Shown piece by piece: positions 47,670 to 60,216 of a DNA stretch of 64,000 bases. The stretch covers positions 1 through 64,000 of the forward strand of contig RSEE01000041.1 in the NCBI GenBank assembly GCA_003971905.1, read 5' to 3'. Position 1 is the stretch's first letter. Every line of letters begins with the position of its first letter. This DNA comes from Moniliella sp. 'wahieum'. Lineage: Eukaryota. Both the position numbers and the translations under genes were made by a program. Under the pieces are notes generated by a model, which was not told the origin of the DNA, ran no database searches, and saw only the letters and a list, made by a program, of their open reading frames with translations.

Positions 47670-48915
47670 TCAAAAGTCCTCGTCGAGGGTAAAGGTGTGC
47701 GTGTCCTTGGCCACGCCGTCGCCATCGTCATTCTCATTGTGGTTCACGCCGCAATCGTATACTCCGCCACCTTCTTCTCGAAAAAGTTCGTCTTGCCCTG
47801 CAGCGAAATGTTCTCCATAAAGTCAAACGGATTGGCCGCATGGTAGATCTTGTCGTTGCCCAGCGCCACCAGCAACCGGTCCGCCACAAACTCAATGTAC
47901 TGGCACATCAGCTTCGCGTTCATCCCAATCAACGCCACCGGCAACGCATCCGTCAGGAACGACTGCTCAATCGCCACCGCTTCCGAGATGATCAGCCGAA
48001 TCGTATCCGGGTGCGCACGTTTGCGCAGATGCGCAAACAGCAAGCAGGCAAAGTCGGTATGCAACCCTTCGTCCCGCGTGATGAGCTCGTTGGAAAACGT
48101 CAGGCCGGGCATCAACCCACGCTTTTTCATCCAAAGATCGAGGCAAACGAGCCCGAGAAAAAGATGCCTTCGACCGCGGCAAACGCAACCAAGCGTTCCG
48201 AGTACGACGCGCGTTTGTCCTCGATCCACCGCAGCGCCCATTCCGCTTTTTGCTTCACCACCGGAATCGTCTCAATCGCATCAAACAGGTACTCTCGTTG
48301 CGCCGGATCACGGATGTACGTGTCAATCAACAACGAGTAGGTTTCCGAATGGATGTTCTCCATCATGATCTGGAACCCATAAAAGCACCGTGCCTCGGCT
48401 GATTGCACCTCCTGCGAAAAGTTCGCAACCAAATTCTCATTCACAATCCCATCCGACGCAGCAAAAAAGGCCAACACGTGCGAAATAAAGTGCCGCTCAT
48501 TGTCGTTGAGCTTGGTGTCCCAGTCGTGCAAGTCTTTCGACAAGTCCATCTCCTCAGCCGTCCAGAAGGAGGCTTCGGCTTTCTTGTAGAACTGCCAGAT
48601 CTGCGCTCGTGCGTCAGCAAGGCTAATAAACCAGGGCAAAAGGACAAGGGGGGTTACAGAGAAAGAGAGAGAGAGAAAACTGACCTCGTTGAATTGGATA
48701 GGGAAAAGAACAAAGCGCCGCGGGTTGACCTTCAGCAGCGGTTCCTCTGACTCGGGCAAGTCCACCTCGCCTACGAACCGATGTTCAATCGAGTCGAGCG
48801 GGTGCGGGCCGAGGGGCGCCTGGGCCGTGGCTCGCTTGGCCCGGTCCACCGCGTCCATGTTGAGCTTGGCAAACTCGGGGTGAGCATCGTCGTGCGGGAT
48901 GGAGGGCGCAGACAT
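47670..48915 (-). CDS. RNR2: Ribonucleotide reductase small subunit (class Ia R2)
   Basis: RFVLFPI, intron 48601-48684, [61 protein letters not shown], conserved C-terminus FTLDEDF-stop. Two frameshifts. Confidence 0.97.
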
Positions 48916-49250
48916 GTGGTGTAAGGGGAGGGGGAGGAGGAGGAGGCGTCTCAAGGGAGGGGGGGGTAGGGTGGTGGGGGTGGTGGTGATGAGGAGCGAG
49001 TTGGGCTGAGATGGAAAGAAAGAAGAGAAGGGGGGCTGCGAAACCATTCAACTGAGGCTTAATCATCGATCGTCCAATTCCCTCGGCCGCGTGGAGCGGC
49101 CGTGGCAAGGAAAAAAGCAACCCTAGTATGCTGAGGGACTGGGCCGCACTGCGCAGTTCTGAGCTCTGGTACCAACCCTACCGCCGCCCGCACGACGATC
49201 GGCCCCTGGCCGCGGACGCCCGTGCACACACAGCGCCAGTGCCGCACTTT

Positions 49251-49277
49251 GACGCGACGCGACGCGGCGCGACGCGT
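49251..49277. promoter_or_regulatory. Cluster of MCB-like (ACGCG/ACGCGT) elements upstream of RNR2
   Basis: GACGCGACGCGACGCGGCGCGACGCGT about 340-360 bp upstream of the ATG. MCB/MBF control of RNR genes is established in yeasts. Confidence 0.6.
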
Positions 49278-50143
49278 TTGGTCGCCGCCATCGCGCACTC
49301 AATTCTTCGTGCAAAATCAGCGCATGGCCGCACCCGCTCGTACTACTATGGTAGGACCTTGTACTGGGCGCGTGTGGTGGTGTGGTGTGGTTCGGATCTG
49401 GTGTGGTCCCACTGTGGTACTTGAAGCTTGAAGCTTGAAGCTTGACCCTTCGCCGAGTTTTCTCCCCCCTTCCTCCCTTCTTCCCGTTCTTCTCTTCTTC
49501 CCTCCGGCCTCCGTGCCGCTTTGGCGGTGGGTATGTTAGGATGGGTGACCTGCTATAGGCCAGCGTGTGCGAGAATGGGTTGATTCAACCACCGTATATG
49601 GGTGTTGGTCGACTTTGCTGTTTGGACCCTTTAGGCCTGTTAGTAGTTTAACAAGCTTCAAGGTAAACTTATCGCTTAAAGCGTAACGCGTAACGCGTAA
49701 CGCATAACGTCTTGTTCCGGTACGTTGAACGCGTCGGTGTCAAACTCAAAGAAGAGAGGTGGGAAGTAAAGCCTAACTAAGGCATTTTTGCAGTGCTGGA
49801 TTAACGCGTAACATTTAACGTTTAACGTTTAACCTCCCCCTGAGGACCTGAGATCTGAGATCCGGGTTGTGAGAGATCGGACGATTCCATCCCGCCCCGC
49901 CCCGCTTCGCCTCCTTTTCTGTCGAACTAGTACGGCAAGTACATACTTCTAGCAGCGCAATCAATATTCAGGCACATGCAGTTCTTTGTTCTTTTGTACC
50001 AGAACTATAATCTCCGACTTCCCTACTCCCAGGTGCACGTCGCACTATATAGTAGTCATTTTGTGCGCCCTCTGCTCCCAGATCCCATTTTGTTCTTGCC
50101 TACATTGGCGCACTTGTACGTGGGCAGGGATACATGAAGTTTC

Positions 50144-50203
50144 ATGCGACAAGCTTCAAGCGACAATGCGACAAGCTTCAAGCGACAATGCGACAAGCTT
50201 CAA
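50144..50203. repeat. 22-bp tandem repeat, about 2.7 copies
   Basis: ATGCGACAAGCTTCAAGCGACA at 50144 and 50166, partial copy at 50188. Confidence 0.9.
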
Positions 50204-51014
50204 CAGCTTTCTTCGATATGGCACCACATCCTACGTCGAACGCCGAATGTATAACGTCTAAGATCTAATGTCGAACACAACCGGTGAACTCGGTGAACGT
50301 TATGTACGCGTTATTTATGAACAACAAAAGGGAAACACGATCCCAGCATCCAGTGTCCAGCTTCCAGCTTCCAGTGTCCAGCTTCCAACGTGCGTGTGCA
50401 TCCGTGACAAGGGGGAAAAATATACATACGGCACCTGTAGTACCCAATCCGACTCCGACAAGAACGAGGGGCCACGGGCAGCAGCGTCCAACGCCATCGG
50501 GCGCGAAACGTTCCTTCCCAAAGCGAGGAGAGTCGGGAAGCGACCAGAGAGACAAAGAAAGTGGGGAAACAAGAGGGGGGACGGAGCGCGGGGGAGGGGG
50601 GCAAAAGCAGTGACACGTGAGGGGAGGGGGAAGGGGCGCAAGAGTGGTGCAACAGCGAGGGGGACAGGAAGAAAGGGAAAGAGAGATAGATGAGAGGTCG
50701 TAGCAGAGGGGGAGAGGAGGGGGAGAGAGAAGGACGGATCGAGTAGGGGAAGGGAGTATAATGTACCCCCCCACACCTTCTCGTGGCTTGGTGATCCCCC
50801 CATGTGCAATGATGAGTGTTGTGGTTGCCTGACCGCCGCCAGAAAACTACCAACCAACAGCGCATCCAATACCGCCTCGAGCGCACCCGCACCCACACCC
50901 ATTCACCCGCATGCACCCACCGCTCCACCCGCCCCCCCTCCACACAGAGAGAACCCTCGAGCGTAGAGATGCAAGACCAGTCGTGCAGCTGCGAGGGTTC
51001 TGGACCGGCTTGCC

Positions 51015-53678
51015 TCACGTCCAAAGCACCGTCACGGCGCGGTACCACCATGGCCGATGGGGCGGCTCGGGTTCGGGGTTATTGTGTGCCTGGGTGATCC
51101 AGGGTCGGATGGGCACGTCGGCAGACGCGACCCATTTGGTACGTTTGTACAGTTTCCAACCGAAAAAGATGAGCAGGTTGATAACAGGACTGGCATATGC
51201 CGACACATGTTCTGCGCTGAAAATTCGTGCTTGACAAAAATACTAAATCCGTTCGTTAGCAGTACAAAGATGCACATGCCCAACCCGATCCAGCCAATGT
51301 ACGGTTGCCCGCGCGGACACCACGGTAGTTCCGAACCTTGGATGCCTTGCGCTTTCATCCCATAGTGCAAGCACAGCGCGTTGATGCAGATCGTGCCCCC
51401 TGTACCATCGGAATCCCATCCAAGTAATCACCCACAACCGAACCCAGCGAAATCAAAACAAACCAAAAAACAACAAACCAACAAAGGGGGAAAGGCAAAA
51501 CGTCAGTTATCTCGTCCCAGATCCCGATCACCACACAACATCTCGATGCAAGACTTACACCCCACAAAGCACACGATGAAACAATGGCCGACAACCATCC
51601 AAACACTTTGGTCGAGCTATCGGACACAGTCGTGTACGCCAACGGGATCCAAATGCAAGCAAACGTGACCCCGACCCAAGGCACCCCCACCGATGCGTCT
51701 TGAGGAAAAATTTGGGTGCTTTGCCCATGCGCGCCATGGCCATCGCCGTACGCGACGCGGCCAAGATGGACGAGTTGCCAGAACTCCATGCACTGGTAAT
51801 CACCACCGCATCTGCACAAAGTAAACGTGTACAGGGTTAGTACAACCTGGGGACTTGGTGCGACATCCCACATCGTTCCACAAGCAAATAATGGGGACCG
51901 CCGAAGAATCTGAGCGGATGGGGAACGGGCAAGGGCACAGACATGACTGTGGACAATCAAATCACGTACTAATGATACTGGGCAACACCTTGATCCCTGC
52001 GCGCTGGGCTGCAATGACAAATGGTGAGGCGGACGACCCGCCCGACTTGCTCAACAACAACGGATCCGTGCACCGCACCACGAGCGTGACCATGAAAATT
52101 GCCAAAATGTAAAACAGTCCGATCCGAACAAAGATTCGCCGCGTGGCCTTCTTCATTGACCGACGCGGACTCACCGTCTCTGCGCAGCAATGCTGATGGA
52201 TTCTACCCCGGAAAAGGAGAACACACCACCGTCAGAACACTCCAAAATCCGTACCAACGACCTGCCGCCCCCGTACGCAGGTAGTGCCCGGCAAATGCGC
52301 CGCCGTGCCGCCAGTACTCAAACCCAACTGATCCCACCGACAAACCGACGATCACCAAATGAAAATGGGCAAGCAAAGAGAGGAGAGGGGAGAGGAGAGA
52401 GGGTCAATTATTATGCTCGCTTGCTTGTTGCGTCGAGGAAGAAACGGGGCGGAAGATGTGGGAACAAGGAGAAAGAAAGGAGAGCAAGGAACGTACTGCG
52501 ATGTCCTTTCGGTCCGGCACCGAGGTCAATGCACAGAGAAAGGAGGATGACACCGACAATCAACAGGATCTTGATGATTGCCATCCAAACTCCACTTCGG
52601 CATAAATGCGGACCTGTTTCCCATGATCACCATTAGCACCAAACCCAAACCCAAACCCAAACCCAATGTCAATCCCAATCCCGATCCCAATTCCAATCCC
52701 AGGGTCAGCCCATCTGCATCGTAAGAGAAGGAAAGGGGAGGTGATCCCAAAACGTACAAGGAACATGTTGGACGCAATGATGGCCACACCAAAGATGGTG
52801 ACGAAAATGGCGGAGACAAATCGGTCCACCAGGATACCAATACGCACGCTGCGACCAATTCGGGAACCGAGATGGCATGCGAGTAAATCACGTTCCATCC
52901 GGCCGACATGGCCAGCGCATCGTCCGACACCCATTGGGCGTGACGCACCCACGCACCCGTAACAGGCATCAAGGTGGATACCCAGCCAACGGACCACATG
53001 ACACAAAATACCAAGGTCGATACCAGTAGGTACCCCAGTAGCAAAAACACGGACCCGCATGCACCAAACTCTTGCCAATTCCAAGAAACAGACCGGTACC
53101 AATCGCACTGTTGGATCATCCAAAGGGAAGAACAACAAAAAATGAAAAGAGAGTGAGTGAGCCGGCGACAGAATGTAGGGAGAACAGGTTAGGCAAGGTG
53201 AAAATAACGTACCCAGCAAGTGCAATCATTTGGATGCTACCCACAAGCAACGGGGAAAAAAGAGTACCCACACACACACACCATTCGTCAGTACCACAAC
53301 TACTGGCCCCGAAAAAAAAAGGCAAAGAGCAAAGGAGAAGAAAAAGGGGGACGTACTGCCGTTGCTCCATGCCGACGGAAACCCTCATCAGGAAAGTACC
53401 GAGCCTGGTCCGCAGGGCTAATGTCGGTCAGGTCGCCCCACGTCTTGCACTCGCCTGCGAGATATCTTCGGCCGTCGGTGAATAATCCGCGACGGCGGTC
53501 ACGGGTTTGAACTGCTGCTCGACATCGTACTTGTCGCCGAGACTTGCCTCCTTCTCGCTGGCGCCGGGGGTGGGGTGGAGGCGTCGGCGCCGTAGCTGCC
53601 GCTGGTCTGCGGGAGCTCGGGCACGGGCGGCGGGTAGGAGGGCGTGCTGGACGGGCGGCGTCCCGAGAGGCCAAACAT
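51015..53678 (-). CDS. Amino acid permease (APC superfamily, yeast amino acid transporter family)
   Basis: RxMEQRH|IQMIALAG|TIGTGLFLG across introns, YAEVEF, KKATRRIFVRIGLFYI, SASPFVIAAQRAGIKVLPSII, TSAWSSGNS, GKAPKFF, QPYIGWIG, FFGWKLYKRTKWV. Multiple introns and frameshifts. Confidence 0.92.
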
Positions 53679-56600
53679 GGTGGTGGTGGCAAAGGGAGGG
53701 AGATCGGAGAGGCGGAGGGCGGGGTCGAAGCAAGTGCACCGGCAGAGGGCGGCAACTACTGGGATATATACTGGGCAAAGCAAGCGTACGTGGGTATGTA
53801 TGTGTACGTTCCTAGCCGTGCCGATTGAATATGGATTGCTGGGTGCCGGTGCTGGGTGGTATGCGACGGGACGATGGATCGGGTGCTGGCTGTGCTGGCT
53901 GTGCTGGCTGTGCTGGCTCGAGTGCAGCGGCTATGCGCTATGGCGAATTGATAGTGATCCTCTGAATCAGCGCCGTCTTGGCATGTACATGCCCGTGTGC
54001 CCGTGCCTGACGATCTGGGAGAAGGGCAGTGTGCATGCGGGAGTGCCTAGGCCGCAGCCTGGCACCACGTTCTTATCAGCGGAGGGCGAGGCACAGGGGC
54101 AGTGGGGTGCTGCGGGGTCGCGGGCAGCGGGGGGGGGAGCGCGGGGGGCAGCAGCAGGCGGCTCTCAGCTGCTCTCGGCAGCCAAATGGCCGAGGCCGCT
54201 GCGTTGCCGCCGCGCCCCGCTCCGCACCAGTGTGCCTCTGCCCCGCACGAGGGGGGTGGATGATCACCGACATTTGATTGTCGATAGGCCAGAAATATAA
54301 CCGCCAGTCCTAGGCGTTGCAAGGGGCAACGCGTGGCACGTGACGAGGGCACCAGCACCAGCGCAGTGTGGAGACAGCTGAAAGGAGCACGCCACTGGTG
54401 TGTGCGCGAGCCGTCCTCCCTCCCGAGTGCTCCCCGAGCATCGCCGCTGCGTTGTTGGGCGTTGGGCGTGCGTTGGGCACGGCAATCCCACGCGTGGGCA
54501 AGCGAAGAGAGTGGACCTCGCTACGGTAGGCAGGCAGAAGCACGGGGCACGGGCAAGGGGCAAGTGTGTGCGCTGTTGGAGTAGCCCACTGTCGTTCTTC
54601 TCTGATTGCTGTCGCTTCCTCCCCGCTGCGGCCCAGCCAGCGCTACTGGGTGTTGGTACATATGATGGGCCAGCGCACGGGTGGCGTGGTGGCGGCAGAG
54701 CGCTCATAGCAAGTAGTACCTAGTACCTAGTACCTAGTCCCCAAGCACCGCATCCCACTGCACACTACTCTACTCCCGCCCGCATCCACATCCGCTCTCG
54801 GCTGAAAAGGACATTGGATCTAGACCCTCCTCCCCTGGCCGTTGCCATCCATTCTTCTCCGCGCCAGATGGACCAACGCGTGGCACATTCCTCCCCCACA
54901 ACACTCCTCTCCCATACATGGCCTGCCCCCCACCCGGTATACTTCTGGCCACACTCTCTTCGCTATCATATTCTTCCCAATTCCCGTTGGCATATCTATA
55001 CCCCCCCCCCCACCTCGGGCTCTCTTCGTGGTCACAGTCGCTTGTCTGTATCCCCAAACTCTCGTGCCAGCCCATTTGGTTCCGAAGGCCTACTACCATC
55101 AATTGAATCAATAATCAAGCTTCAAAACGTATCAACAACGTATCCGCACGTATCAACGTTCAACGTTCAACGTTCAACGTCCTATATCTATCAGAGGCCA
55201 CAGGCCTAAGGCCTACTAAGACTGGAAGCTGGATCGGTAATCGATAATCGCCGATCATCTTCAACCCCTCCCCCGGCCTACCGATGATACGGGGCTCACA
55301 TATGTGTGTGAACATGTGTGGGCAGGTGTGGGCCCGTTGTTGGGCCAGGGACCAACTGTGGTCCTAAGGCCTAACCCGAGAGCCTGGCCCCCGACTGCTC
55401 ATTAATCATTAGCTTCACTGCAAGCTTTTCAAGCTTCAAGCTGCAAGGCGCTCAAGCAAAAGGACTGAGTTGGCTCAGTGGGTTACTGAGTACAGAGTAA
55501 GTAACACAGAGTTCTTAGTCAGTTAGATAGGTTTTGCCAGTTACTTGGGTAACTGTGATGCGTAGTACGTGATGGCCGATCATCGATCATGAATGATTCC
55601 CACCATGGACAGAGCTGAAAGATAAGTGGTTCGTGAAGCTAGCTCGTGAAGCGTTACAGAGCTCAGCTGAGGAAGAGGAAGCCCACACCCCATCGTCCCA
55701 CAAACAAGCCGCTCAAACATAAAGGAAGACGCAGACACCCGAGAGAGGACGAGAGCACGAGAGCACGAGAAGACTTATAGCCTCAGTAGTGCCACACCAC
55801 TGTGCGTCCCAGAACCTAGGGTGTCGGTAATAGCTGGAAGCGATCATTAAGAGCATTGAAAATTGAGCTTCTGAAGCTTGATCTCCTGAGAGCCTGGAGA
55901 TCTCATCATTGATCCTCTCTATGTGCCCTTCAAGCTACAATGTCACAAAACCGTCCCTAATCCTCATACAGTTCCTAGATGTTGCATGCCATTATCAGTC
56001 TACTGACTCGTTTAACGTCATCGCGTCATCGATCACCTGCCACATGCGTGTCACAACAAAATGATTGAAGACTGTCTCTGTATGGGGACAGCATGCACGC
56101 CCATGAAGCTCTCGGACTTAGACTGACGCGATGCCTGATGCCTGAGAGATGTGAGTCCCACAAAGTTAGATCTACCAGGCACAGGGAACGTGTGGGGATG
56201 GGTACTCTAACGCCCGGTAAAAGTATTCCCTCTAAGATCTAACGCTCGGTAAAAGTATATGCGCCGATGGGCTGTTGTATACCGCGTATACATGGCTCTC
56301 CTACGAACCATACTAGTCAAAACACCCTATATGCGCGATTGCGAATCAGGTACATGACACGCACCAAAGTCCCTATCGCGCTTCAAGTTCCTGGTACGTT
56401 CTGATTGCCACTGAGTACTGACCGGTTATCGATTATCCGTCCTTAGCATTATAGTAACTGCTCACAGAGTCACAGAGTCACTTAGTCACTAGCTTCGCAA
56501 GAGGTACCACAGGTATCCCCCTGGTACCTTCCCGTCGGTTAAAAGCTGATGTACACACAGGAACCCCCCACGTCCATTGAATTCCTCATCCTCCAACACT

Positions 56601-58476
56601 TGTGTGGCGCCAATCCCATACCATATACTCCTGTAAATGTGTGCTCTGGACGAGCTTTTCTTATACGCACCCCTGCTGTCCTGCACGCCATACGGGATGG
56701 CCATTTTCCGTGGGTCTCTGTTTGTTACAGTAGCTGTGCTGCGTTCCTTGGCGCGGACCATTCTAAGCGACTGTGTGCGTGGCGTGGATGGTGCCCTTCG
56801 TGATACTCCGTCACCATCGCTGGCAACTCACCCCCCCCTCTCCCCCGCACTCGAGATCACTATAACCACAGAACCAGGCGACTCTCTGGAAGGAAAACTG
56901 GAATCCCAGAAACCCGCCCCGTCACACTGAGGCAATCATGAGGGCCACGCTGGGTTGCGGAAGCTTCCCGAGTCGCTCGCCTTCACAGTTAGACGAAACG
57001 AATCGCCAACTCCAAAGATGACGGGGTACCTGGAGACATTCCCAGTGAATGCAGTTGATGTATGTTAATGGGTCGTATGAGGGCCATATAAGAATGCTTC
57101 GGTGTCAGTGAGAAGCTGCGCAACCGGAACGGTTCTACGGGTGCAAAATGGCACACGGAGAGGAAACCTATATGTTCCTGCGCGCGTCAATAACTCAGCA
57201 TCACTCATCCACTTGCATTGCGTTACGTTGGCTCTGTATTGATCCGACTGGTAAGGAGATAGGGGGAGGTGTGCCACGGTTCATCTCACGTTCATCTCGA
57301 CCTTGCAAAAGCGCCCTTGCCGTCACCGCTGTCGCCGCAATTGCCGCCGCGTCTATCGTCGAGACCGTCAAAGGAATCGATTTTCAAAATCCCGACTCTT
57401 TGATTCTTGCCCTTGATTGCCTTGACCTCCTTCTCCTTGGCGGGCTGCATGCGTACGGTGTAGCACACCCCCTCACGTCCACATTTCCTTGGGAACCTGA
57501 AGGATATCTTGGGAAATCAAATTGCACCGCAGGATGACGCCAAAGAAGGTGAGACAGATGGCCAAGACCTCTTGCCTGAGCGCAGAAGGATCGGATATTC
57601 AAACTACTCTCCCTCATCGTTAACAGTTGACCGTATATGTATGCCAACACTACGTCCCCATACTCCACTAGTTTTGCTCTGATGCATAATGCATTCCATT
57701 TGGAGCGGGGAGGCTGGAGTTGGGCGCTGATACGGTCTCTCGTCCCCGCCTCCCAATGTGACACGTGAGGCCAGGAGCAGTCCAGCCCAACGGTTCTGGA
57801 TTCACGATCGTCCTGAAGAAAAAGGTTCTATTCTAGCTTCATTGATTTTTTCATCACTGAACTCTTGGATTGGCGATCCTTTCCCCTCTCTCCCCCGCTC
57901 TGGTTCACTTCCACCACGCCATGTGTGCGTGCTCTCTATACACACAGTATAGAGTAGCGCGTCTACGTTGACGACGCTGTTCATCACAGCGACGCCAAAC
58001 TCATTTGCTGGGGGTTGGGGGTGGGGATTGCAGAGTAATATTTTTGCAGCATAACACACTGCAGTCGTACGAGCTCACAGTCTGTGCGCGGTCCAGCCGC
58101 ATACACAATCGGATTAAGCGGATGCAGCGCACTTTGACACTGAGTTTTTCACCAGCAAGACAAAGTGGACGAATGCGGGGCGGGGAGGGGGGAAGCGTTG
58201 TCACTCAAGCGGCTGTTGGCTTCTGACGATAAAGAGGGATTGAAGGAGTACGACTGATGGGCCAGACGCGAGATAAGGGCGCCGAGAGGAAGGACATGAA
58301 ATCGAGGTGATGCGGGCAAGGAACGGAAGGAGGGGTAGCACAATATAGATATCGAGTGAGGTGGAAGAATGTATCGAGAGCAGCGCACCGGCCCGGGCGC
58401 CGAGCACGGAGCGCAAGAACATGAGAGTGCGAAATGTCGATGGGCCTGCATGGGCATGGCCACACCATACACAGAT

Positions 58477-60216
58477 TTACGCTGAAGGCCGCGCGTTGTG
58501 GGCCATCTTGTCAAACGCAGCATAAATGTTCTTGACCCGGTTTGCATTGATGTGCGCCGAGACGGAAGCCACACTGGCAGACGAAGCTCTTGCCGCCCTT
58601 GCCACACTGGCCACACTGGCCACACTTGCCACACTTGCCGCACTTACGACAGACGCGAGGGACACACTCGACACACTCGACGCACTGGCTGCCGACACAC
58701 GTGCCACCGACGAGGCAGAAGCTATCTTAGCGCTGGCTAGAGAAGCATGCCGTGCCGATTGCGATTCTGCCTTGATGCTAGCTTGCGATGCCGAGGCCAT
58801 TTTGGCACTAGCGACCGAAGCATGAGACGCCAAGGCCAACTTGGCACTGATCTGCGAAGCTTTCGACGCCTCAGACGCCTCGGACGATTCCGACACTTCC
58901 GATGCTCGGGACGCAGCGGCAAGAGAAGAAACGATGACCGGTGCTGTTGGTTGCAAACTGCCCCCACTGCTCGCCTGTACATCCGAGTGCTCGGTGGGAC
59001 GGGTGCTAGATACGTGGCTGAGGGAGTGGGAGGAGGAAGGGGCGGAGGAGGCAGAAGCAGCGGCCTTACTCGCGTGGGCAAGGTGCGAAGCAAGGTGCAT
59101 AGAGGAAGCAGAGGCAGAGGCAAGGGCAAGAGAGGAACGTGACGCCGCAGCAGCAGCTGCGGCAGAGGCCGATGCTGAAGCTGCTGCCTTGGAGGCAGAG
59201 TAGGACGAAGCGTGCGCGAGCCAGGCCTGGACCGATGCGTCAGACGAAGCAACCGACGCAGCCGACGCAGCCGACGCAGCGGAAACACGAGAGTGCTGGG
59301 CCTTGAGCTGAGCTGCTTTTGCATGCACGGCAGAGGCAGCAGAACGGGAGGCCTCGGCGGATTGCGCCGCTGCCTCGCTGGCAGATGAGACGGAGGCTAC
59401 AGACGCAGCCGAGGCAGCTGAGCGAGAGGAGGCGAGGGAGAGGTGACGGGATTTCGAGGCTTGGGCAGCAGCAGCAGCGGACTTGGATTTGGATTGCGAG
59501 TCAACCGAGCTGGGGGAAGGCCTGGAGGGATGAGTGGGGTGGGCTGAGCCCCCGCCACGGCCGCAGGGGGAGGGTGTGCCATCGTCAAAAGTCCATTGGA
59601 CAGGGAAGATGCCGATCGAGTGTTGAGCCAGCTCGCCAAACAGGTCGTAGGTCAAGTCATGTCACACTATGGTCAGAAAAGAGAGCAGGTCAGTACATCC
59701 GCCCCAACAAAGATAGCACGAGAGGGGACAGAGGGAGATAGATACAATGGTGCCGCAGGTGTTGCCCGTTTGCGGACACTGGTCCATAATTTGCGCTTGG
59801 GCCGTCGTGCCGTCGGGGCCGGTGATGGTGATGGGCTTGTAGCACAGGTCGGACGCGCTGATCCCTTGGTTGGCAAAGTGGGCCCAGCCCACTTGGGACA
59901 AAGCAACGGCAGGCGTGGCGTCGGACAAGGTGCGCCCGCAGCTCGAGATGGCGCCGCCCTCGGTGACGGGTGGTACCACGTCGCCTCGCCGGACCGTTTG
60001 TCGAGACTGCTGCGCTGGGCAAGTGTGTGGTTGGCAAGGTAGGCGTGCCGCCCAACAGCTGGTGGTGCAGACGCCTGGGCGCGGGCATGGGCAGCGTGAG
60101 CAAGAGCGGCGTGGTGGTGGGCACGTGGCAAGTGCACGTCCTCGCCAGCGAAGGCGGAGGCGGAGGCGACCGCGGCCAGCACACCGGCCACGGTGGAAAG
60201 GCGGAGGGAGATGCAC
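58477..60216 (-). CDS. Secreted RlpA-like double-psi beta-barrel (expansin/loosenin-related) protein with long Ala/Ser-rich tail
   Basis: Signal peptide (TVAGVLAAVASASA), His-rich pro-region ending LDKR, GEATWY...SSCG...AVALS...CYKPITIT...AQIMDQCP, intron, LTYDLFGELA...GIFPVQWTF, then a long Ala/Ser-rich stretch. Confidence 0.82.

Noticed and set aside
40759..48915. Possible head-to-head class V / class VII chitin synthase pair as in filamentous ascomycetes
   Set aside because: The upstream neighbour is RNR2; no second chitin synthase is present in the window.
56206..56258. 21-bp direct repeat pair (TCTAACGCYCGGTAAAAGTAT) with an 11-nt spacer, superficially CRISPR-like
   Set aside because: Only two copies, spacer too short, eukaryotic context and no cas genes. 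A local duplication is the simpler reading.
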